DNA from: an uncultured Clostridia bacterium
GTDB taxonomy: Bacteria > Bacillota > Clostridia > Christensenellales > UBA1242
Assembly (NCBI GenBank): GCA_949841045.1
Contig: CATKXS010000004.1
Coordinates: 8,807-72,806 of the forward strand
DNA: 64,000 nucleotides
Direction: 5' to 3'
Numbering within the stretch: the stretch's first letter is position 1; each line of letters begins with the position of its first letter. The notes beneath the pieces were generated by a model that ran no database searches, was not told where the DNA came from, and saw nothing but the letters and a program-made list of their open reading frames with translations. Below are positions 57,968 to 64,000 of this stretch, in pieces. Made by a program: the position numbers and the translations under genes.

Positions 57968-58132
57968 AAGCCTTACGCTTGGCGTTTATCGTCAAGCATA
58001 TATTTTTATTAAAGTAATTTCGTTCCATCTAAGCCTTACGCTTGGCGTTTATCGTATGGCTTAGCCACTTTATTAAACTCGCTATGTGTTCCCCAAATCT
58101 TACGCTTGACGTTTATCGTCAAGCGTTTTTTT
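57968..58132 (+). repeat. Three tandem ~63-64-bp units, each carrying a terminator-like hairpin, directly after tRNA-Leu(TAA)
   Basis: AAGCCTTACGCTTGGCGTTTATCGT at 57968 and 58031, with a degenerate copy at 58095. The last unit forms ACGCTTGACG-tttat-CGTCAAGCGT plus T7. Confidence 0.75.
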
Positions 58133-58241
58133 AATTTTACAATTCATATTTTTGCCCCATCGCCTAGTATGTCACAAAATTGATTTCAAAAAAGTCACCT
58201 CTTATTTTATTACTATGCTATTATCATATTAGGAGGAAATT

Positions 58242-58748
58242 ATGGAAGATAAAATCTATAAAGTAAGAGATATTAAAATGAATGAAGCTGACGCAAGGAA
58301 GGAAGTTGACAGTACACTTGAGCTGCTTATAAACACCTGCGATACAATAACTCAACTCACCCGCTCAGACGACCTCAAAAATATAACATTACAAGGCGAG
58401 AATCAAGAGTTTAAATCAATTTTATCAAAAATGTACATAGAAAATTTAAATAAGTCTTGGGATAAAAAGATTGTATTAGAGAAAATGAAAAATTTTGAAG
58501 CATGCGAAAACAATAATTTTAAATATATTTTAAAAGATGTATTTAAAAGCCTTGACTTAAGCACAGAAGCAATTGACCTCAGCCAATCATTATTACACCA
58601 AGCAGTAGCAGCTATAGATACCGACATTAAATTTAGTGCTGAACTGATAAAATTTGTAGACAAAATGTATACTGATTCAAGAAAAATTTATGTCGAACAG
58701 CAAAATTACAATAAAAAATATCTTTCGCAAGAACTGGAGGCAGAATAA
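58242..58748 (+). CDS. Hypothetical protein (168 aa, predicted helical)
   Basis: SD aggaggaaattATG. No recognisable motif. Confidence 0.55.
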   Translation: MEDKIYKVRDIKMNEADARKEVDSTLELLINTCDTITQLTRSDDLKNITLQGENQEFKSILSKMYIENLNKSWDKKIVLEKMKNFEACENNNFKYILKDVFKSLDLSTEAIDLSQSLLHQAVAAIDTDIKFSAELIKFVDKMYTDSRKIYVEQQNYNKKYLSQELEAE

Positions 58749-58749
58749 A

Positions 58750-58908
58750 ATGAATAATGATATTTTTACTTTATCAACAGAAACAGTCAAACAAGTCAAT
58801 ATTCTGATTGACAGAAATATGCTTAAAGATGCTAAAAATTTGCTTATTCAATTTAACACATTTTTGCAGGCAATAAATTTATTAGAAACAATGCTTAAAA
58901 ACATTTAA
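58750..58908 (+). CDS. Hypothetical small protein (52 aa)
   Basis: ATG 1 nt after the upstream stop, with SD GGAGG inside the upstream gene. MNNDIFTLSTETVKQVNILIDRNMLKDAKNLL... Confidence 0.45.
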   Translation: MNNDIFTLSTETVKQVNILIDRNMLKDAKNLLIQFNTFLQAINLLETMLKNI

Positions 58909-58937
58909 AAAACTCGACCATAACGGTCGAGTTTTTT
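58907..58937. terminator. Bidirectional terminator
   Basis: AAAAAACTCGACC-ataac-GGTCGAGTTTTTT. Confidence 0.7.
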
Positions 58938-58949
58938 ACTACCCAATTA

Positions 58950-59705
58950 TCAAATTTTATAAATAAGTTCAACGCTATCTTCACGATATATTTCTATATC
59001 AGGAAATCCATAAATAGATTTACTTTTCATGGATTTGCCAAGAGTCCTAATAGTTTTACCTTCAAACTTACTTTTTGTTGTAAAGATTACTTTTGCCTTG
59101 GGCAATTTAATCACCTCATTATCGTCATCAAACCTTTCTCTAAGTGCAATATAATAACGAATATTTCTGTCTTTATTTAAAAATACAAGTCCGAATGTTT
59201 CTTTCGCCATTTTCACAGAAGGATACTTTTCTAAAATATAATCCCAAAACTTCTCAAAATCATCGTTTGATAGAATATCTCTATATTCGCCATAAAGGGT
59301 CAATTTATCAAGTTCTTTATACTTTATTTCAATATTTGAAAGCAAAGTATTTTCTTCATCAAAATATAAACGATTAAAATATTTAAAGTCTGTTTTTTCA
59401 TTGACCTCGGAAGGATTTATTCCATGAAATTCTTTAAAAGCCCTAGAAAATGATGACCTATTATCATATCCACATAAAACTGCCAAGTCTACAATCTTAT
59501 AATTAGGTAACATTTTAGTACATTCGCTTAATCTTCTATACTTTATATATTGTTTAACTGTATAACCTGTCAAAACTGAAAGAAAGTTATTAAACATAGT
59601 CGCATTTGTTCCTATAAAACTACCAGCTTTTTGCATATCAATCTCTTCAAAAAGATTATTTTCAATATAACTTATTGCTTCATTTAAATTATGATATATA
59701 TTCAT
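58950..59705 (-). CDS. AraC-family regulator with GyrI-like effector-binding domain
   Basis: HTH region KQYIKYRRLSECTKML...GYDNRSSFSRAFKEFHGINPSE and a C-terminal GyrI-like half. Confidence 0.85.
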   Translation of the reverse strand: MNIYHNLNEAISYIENNLFEEIDMQKAGSFIGTNATMFNNFLSVLTGYTVKQYIKYRRLSECTKMLPNYKIVDLAVLCGYDNRSSFSRAFKEFHGINPSEVNEKTDFKYFNRLYFDEENTLLSNIEIKYKELDKLTLYGEYRDILSNDDFEKFWDYILEKYPSVKMAKETFGLVFLNKDRNIRYYIALRERFDDDNEVIKLPKAKVIFTTKSKFEGKTIRTLGKSMKSKSIYGFPDIEIYREDSVELIYKI

Positions 59706-59754
59706 AAATCAATTATAATCATATTTGATAGTTATGTCAATTAAAAGCCAAAAC

Positions 59755-61497
59755 TTAGTTTAACTGACACCTTGAATTGCAACAAATATAAAGAATTTGA
59801 AATTCTTTAGAAAACTCTTTTAAAAGCTTTTCTATAGCCTTAAAATTTTTATCATCAAGATTCACAAAACTATCATCTAGGACAACCAAAGGCTTTTCCT
59901 TTTTGTACAATTCTTTAATTAGATAGAAACGAATACAGAAGGACAAAAGGTCTTTTATGCCTTGACTTGAATATTCAAAATCTTTCAGTCCGCTTTTATC
60001 ATCTTGGCAAATTTTAAAATTTGAGTCAACAACAAATTTTCTTTCATTTAAATCAAAATCTTTTAATAGTTTTGCAAAAGCGTTATTAACAGGCTCTACA
60101 AACCTTTTAGACACATTCTCATAAGCACTTTTTAAATACTCATTTGCATAAGTTAATAATTTGATTTTTTTATCAATATTATTACTCTCTTCGCGTTTGG
60201 CATCAATCATTTCTTGACACTCTTCTATATCTTCATTGATGCTTTCAAAGTTATTTTTCAAAGTTTGAAGTTCATAATCAAGCCTATTTTTGTTATTACG
60301 ATTATTATAGATTTCTTCTTTAAGTTCATCTAAATTTTGGCCACCAAAGAAATTCATTTCTTGATAATTTTTAACCACTCCTTTAAGTTCATCAATCACA
60401 CCCTTTAATGTGGCAATTTTTGAAGAAATATCTTTTTCTTCACTGGTATCTTCTACATGATTTTTTTCATTACTTTTACTTCGTTTTATTAAAACAATTG
60501 CTAAAAATAATGATAATATAACTAAAACAGCCGTAATTATAATGAAAATTGTCAAATTTATTATATTAAGTGTAAATAAAACAACGTCAACCACAGCTAA
60601 TAAAACAAGGCTAATTATTAGCATAATGTTAGGCAACTTTGTTTTTTTAGCTGGTGCGCTTTCAACTTTATTTTCTTTTAACTCTTGAAGTTTTAAATAT
60701 AAGCCATTTAATTCATCACTTTTTAGAGCTAATTCTCGCTCAAACTTAAGCTTACTTTGAATAATGTTTTCTTCTTTTTTTGCCTGCTCTTCTTGCTTAA
60801 TATAGCTCTGTTCTAGATTTTGAAGTTTGTCTTTTGAAATGGACAATTTTTCTTCTACCTCTTTTAGTTTTCTTTGGCAATCACTTAACGATAATTCATA
60901 TTCTCTTTTACGTCTTGACAAAGCACTAAAGTCCATTTCACTAGGCTTGTCTTTTTTAAGCTGTCTTATTTTTTTATTTATTTTATCAAGCGAATCAGTA
61001 ATATTTGCAACGTCACTGGCGAATTTGTCTAATCCTAGCAGATTAGCCCCTAATTTATCACTGCCGTTATTATTAAAATTAGCCTGAGAAAAAAATGCAG
61101 TTATTTCAAATGTTTCCTTACCAATTCCAAATAGCTCTTCGCCTATTTCATTTTTTGGAATTTCTAATTTTTTAAAAGTTGACAAATCTAGAATTTCAAT
61201 CCTATCGTTGTCTGGCGTTTTGGCAAAATATCTAGTTAGCCTAAAGATTCCTTTCTCACTTTGCAAATCTATAAAGCCACCATAATTTCCACCCTGCCAA
61301 GGCATATATTTTTTTCTTTCCATTTTAATATTTTCTCTTCCAGCAGGCATTCCAAAAAGCATGGCTTTTATAAATATTGTTAAAGTTGTTTTACCAAAAC
61401 CATTTTCTCTTTTAAGCACATTTAAGTTATCATTCAATTCTAAATCAAAGTCGTGAAGACCGCCAAAATTATCAATATGCAATTTATTTATTTTCAT
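59755..61497 (-). CDS. SbcC/Rad50-like AAA ATPase (YhaN/SbcE-like) with central two-helix transmembrane insert
   Basis: Walker A RENGFGKTT, coiled coils and Walker B PLVVLDDSFVNLD. Residues ~289-338 (60484..60633) are uninterrupted hydrophobic sequence. Confidence 0.7.
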   Translation of the reverse strand: MKINKLHIDNFGGLHDFDLELNDNLNVLKRENGFGKTTLTIFIKAMLFGMPAGRENIKMERKKYMPWQGGNYGGFIDLQSEKGIFRLTRYFAKTPDNDRIEILDLSTFKKLEIPKNEIGEELFGIGKETFEITAFFSQANFNNNGSDKLGANLLGLDKFASDVANITDSLDKINKKIRQLKKDKPSEMDFSALSRRKREYELSLSDCQRKLKEVEEKLSISKDKLQNLEQSYIKQEEQAKKEENIIQSKLKFERELALKSDELNGLYLKLQELKENKVESAPAKKTKLPNIMLIISLVLLAVVDVVLFTLNIINLTIFIIITAVLVILSLFLAIVLIKRSKSNEKNHVEDTSEEKDISSKIATLKGVIDELKGVVKNYQEMNFFGGQNLDELKEEIYNNRNNKNRLDYELQTLKNNFESINEDIEECQEMIDAKREESNNIDKKIKLLTYANEYLKSAYENVSKRFVEPVNNAFAKLLKDFDLNERKFVVDSNFKICQDDKSGLKDFEYSSQGIKDLLSFCIRFYLIKELYKKEKPLVVLDDSFVNLDDKNFKAIEKLLKEFSKEFQILYICCNSRCQLN

Positions 61498-62522
61498 AAA
61501 GAAATCTCCTCACCTTTTAAAGCCTCAATTCCTATTTGACATATTGAATTTTTATCTTCTTCTGACAAATCGCTATTTTCAACAAGTTTAATAAATTCAT
61601 ATTTAAATGACAGCTTTTCTTTCTTAATTTTTTCTAAATCAATTTCTATTCTTGTATTATCAATTACTTCAAAATAGAAAAATCCATTAAAATGGTCGTT
61701 TATCAGCGCCAGCGAAATCTCGTCATCTTCTTTCACCTTTCCAGAAATAACAACTCTAATTATATCTTTGCTTGTCGCACCAATTACTGATAATTTATGT
61801 TCAATTAAATTGACTATATCAAAAGTGTTATCAAGTTTTGTTATATCACAATTACATATTAAATATTTCCTTGAAGGGAAAATAACATATTCAAATTTTG
61901 TTATCTTATTATTTTCAATTTCAAGAGCGATATATCCCTTTTCTCCGCACTCGTCAAAACCATTAGAAAAAAGACTGCCTGGATAAGCAACTAAAGAATT
62001 ATTCAAATTTATAGTTTTAAATTGATGAATATGACCTAGAGCAATGTAATCAAAATGTTTATCATAAAATTGTGATAAATCTATGTAGTCATTATCTTGA
62101 GAGTTATCAATATCGCCATGTAATAATAAAATATTGGTCTCTCCTTTAACTAGATTCATACTTGAATTTGCAGAGAAAAAATTTACTCCTCCAAAGGAAA
62201 AATAATTTAAACTGCTTAAGTTGATAAAATTATTTGGTAAGTTTTCTGGTAAAATGTTTTTCTCGTCATGGTTGCCTTCTATATAAATAACTGGCTTCTC
62301 AAACTTGTTGACAGAATCAAAAAAAGCTTTCACAATTTTGTTTGCCACCTTTGCAGAATGAAACAAATCTCCTGAGATTAAAACAACATCATAATCTTTT
62401 ATTTTTTCAAAAAAAGTTTTTAGATTAAAAATAGCCTCATCTCTCATTAAGCTTGCTTTATCTTTTGGAAGTTTTGAGTTTTTAGCGCCCAAATGTAGGT
62501 CAGCTGTATGAATAACTTTCAT
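61494..62522 (-). CDS. SbcD/Mre11-like metallophosphoesterase (YhaO/SbcF-like)
   Basis: Motifs HTADLHLG, GDLFH, GNHD, LLHGD and GHIH. 4-nt overlap with the ATPase gene. Confidence 0.8.
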   Translation of the reverse strand: MKVIHTADLHLGAKNSKLPKDKASLMRDEAIFNLKTFFEKIKDYDVVLISGDLFHSAKVANKIVKAFFDSVNKFEKPVIYIEGNHDEKNILPENLPNNFINLSSLNYFSFGGVNFFSANSSMNLVKGETNILLLHGDIDNSQDNDYIDLSQFYDKHFDYIALGHIHQFKTINLNNSLVAYPGSLFSNGFDECGEKGYIALEIENNKITKFEYVIFPSRKYLICNCDITKLDNTFDIVNLIEHKLSVIGATSKDIIRVVISGKVKEDDEISLALINDHFNGFFYFEVIDNTRIEIDLEKIKKEKLSFKYEFIKLVENSDLSEEDKNSICQIGIEALKGEEISL

Positions 62523-62539
62523 CTTTTTCTCCTAAAAAT

Positions 62540-62568
62540 ATTATACAAAAATTATTTTCTCATTGCAA
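62540..62568 (-). promoter_or_regulatory. Sigma-A promoter TTGCAA-17-TATAAT (TG-extended) for the SbcD/SbcC-like pair
   Basis: TTGCAA at 62568..62563 and TGTATAAT at 62547..62540. Confidence 0.55.
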
Positions 62569-62844
62569 GAAAAAAGGCATATTAAGTTTTTATAACTTTA
62601 TATACCCTTTTAAACAAAACTTTTATTATTCATTTATTAATTCATCTTCACTAGCAGTACTTTCGCCAAGCTGTTTTAATTTCTTATCTATTATTTTTAT
62701 AATTTCTTCTGATTCATCTCTTTGGACTTTCAATTCATAATACTGCGCAAAACGAATTTCTTTAAAATATCATTGCTAGAAGTCTCTCTTAATATTTTGC
62801 CAATTCAGTTTTCATTTTTCCTCTCAAATTATTTTTGTTAAAAT

Positions 62845-64000
62845 TTATAGCTGATTGATAAAATCTAAAGATACTTTCTTGTTTGAAGTTATTTGAATAA
62901 TATTTCCACCTTCGTTAATATCTAAAGGTAAATTAAATTCTCTATCAAATCCTTCTACATAAACATTACTACTTGTTCTCATCTCTCCGCTTAAATTGAA
63001 AACTTTAAGAGTAAATGATAATTCATTGTCAAGCGTCAAATCTATTTCACCAGATGATGAATAAAGTTCAAGTCCATCAAAAGATTTGCAAGTATAAGTA
63101 AGATTAATATTCCCACTACCTGTAACAATGGAAATAAATTTATTATCAGTGTTTACATTGACACCACCAGAAGTTGTTTCAATCCAAACTTCGCCACTAT
63201 TTTTGCCGAGGTTAACACTGCCAGACCTCGCTCTAACGTAAAGTTGTGACGCCCCGTCTATTTCGTCAATTTTAATATCAGTCTTGTTTGCATTAGGAAA
63301 ACTTAAAATACCACCATTAACCTTTTTAATATTTATCTCTGCACTTCCCATGCTAGAAATCATATCATTTGAATTTAACCTTCCGCTTAAAGTGTTTACA
63401 TCAAAATAACCATTATTAAGTGAAAGCGAAGCATTATTTTTAATATTTATCTCATTTGCACTGAAATCTGAATTATTAAGGTCAAAAACTGCATTTTTTA
63501 CATTAATCTTATTGAATTCAATTGCACCTTTATTTGAATGAATATCTAAGTTTTCCACATTGAGTTCTTTTCTTACATCAATATTTCCACTTGTAGTTTT
63601 AGCAAATAAATTATTTATAGAAAGGACATTTTGAAATACAGTTATCTTTCCATTTGTTGTTTTAATATCAAGCTTATTTATTGAAAGATTTGCATTATCT
63701 TCATCACCTACAGGCGTAAGAAGCTTTGTAGTATTTCCTACCAAAACATCACCCTTTGTGCTGTTAACATGAATAGTTGTATTTTCAAAAGACTCTTTTA
63801 CATTAATAGACATAGCAATAGTAATATTGATATTTTTATTGAAATACAGGAAGCCTTCAGGTTCTTTGACAGTAATAGTTAAAGATTTCTTTTCTTCATC
63901 ATTATAAACTACTTCATATGAGAAATCTGTCTCTTGGTCAGCTCTTGCAAATCCAGAGCAAACATTCTCAATAGTAACTCCACTATATTCATACTTAGTA
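62845..64000 (-). CDS. DUF4097-like beta-strand repeat protein (putative adhesin fold), 5' end beyond window
   Basis: Repetitive xGxIxV/xSGxIxL strands. The frame remains open upstream of the ORF-track ATG (63813) to position 64000 (...TKYEYSGVTIENVCSGFARADQETDFSYEVVYNDEEKKSLTITVKEPEGFLYFNKNINITIAMSINV). Confidence 0.6.
   Translation of the reverse strand, partial: TKYEYSGVTIENVCSGFARADQETDFSYEVVYNDEEKKSLTITVKEPEGFLYFNKNINITIAMSINVKESFENTTIHVNSTKGDVLVGNTTKLLTPVGDEDNANLSINKLDIKTTNGKITVFQNVLSINNLFAKTTSGNIDVRKELNVENLDIHSNKGAIEFNKINVKNAVFDLNNSDFSANEINIKNNASLSLNNGYFDVNTLSGRLNSNDMISSMGSAEINIKKVNGGILSFPNANKTDIKIDEIDGASQLYVRARSGSVNLGKNSGEVWIETTSGGVNVNTDNKFISIVTGSGNINLTYTCKSFDGLELYSSSGEIDLTLDNELSFTLKVFNLSGEMRTSSNVYVEGFDREFNLPLDINEGGNIIQITSNKKVSLDFINQL

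Noticed and set aside
57968-58132. Possible mini-CRISPR array: 25-nt repeats separated by 38-40-nt spacers, with a degenerate last repeat.
   Set aside because: The spacers are homologous to each other (tttattaaa... in each), so the whole 63-64-bp unit is a tandem repeat. The repeats form terminator hairpins with T tracts. No cas genes or leader are present, and there are only three copies.
62633-62815. Small gene upstream of the DUF4097 gene (MKTELAKY..., ILRETSSNDILKKF..., YELKVQRDESEEIIKIIDKKLKQLGESTASEDELINE), possibly the usual small partner of DUF4097 proteins.
   Set aside because: The sequence is split over three frames, with stops after 8 and about 30 codons, and I cannot assign a family by eye. 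It may be a pseudogene or sequencing errors, and it is too weak to annotate.

Overview
AT-rich chromosomal segment of an endospore-forming Bacillota (Clostridia-like) genome. It carries spoIIAA-spoIIAB-sigF, spoVAC-AD-AE and yunB. The content is overwhelmingly core housekeeping: pheST with a T-box leader, asnS, clpXP, tig, gap, rpiB, obg, nth, lysS, pnp, rpsO, relA, recJ, sigA, dnaG, lgt, valS and 10 tRNA genes. About 90% of genes are on the minus strand, often with ATGA or short overlaps. I saw no integrase, transposase, phage gene, cas gene, reverse transcriptase or recognisable multi-gene defence system, so I cannot point to a clear-cut novel protein system. The unexplained signals are mostly non-coding or domain-level. 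(1) A ~42-bp repeat family has 5 copies at 3 loci, in tandem pairs upstream of pheS and lgt. (2) A ~935-bp gene-free relic region next to a 6-tRNA operon holds two self-contained small transcription units, tRNA fragments and a kinase-gene remnant. (3) A convergent small-ORF/sRNA pair has type I toxin-antitoxin-like geometry. (4) One tRNA-Leu appears to have an AAG anticodon. (5) A Rho-like protein lacks ATPase motifs, and RelA has a degenerate hydrolase domain. (6) An SbcCD-like pair has an ATPase with a transmembrane hairpin at mid-length. All protein calls rest on motif recognition by eye; no database search or folding program was run.
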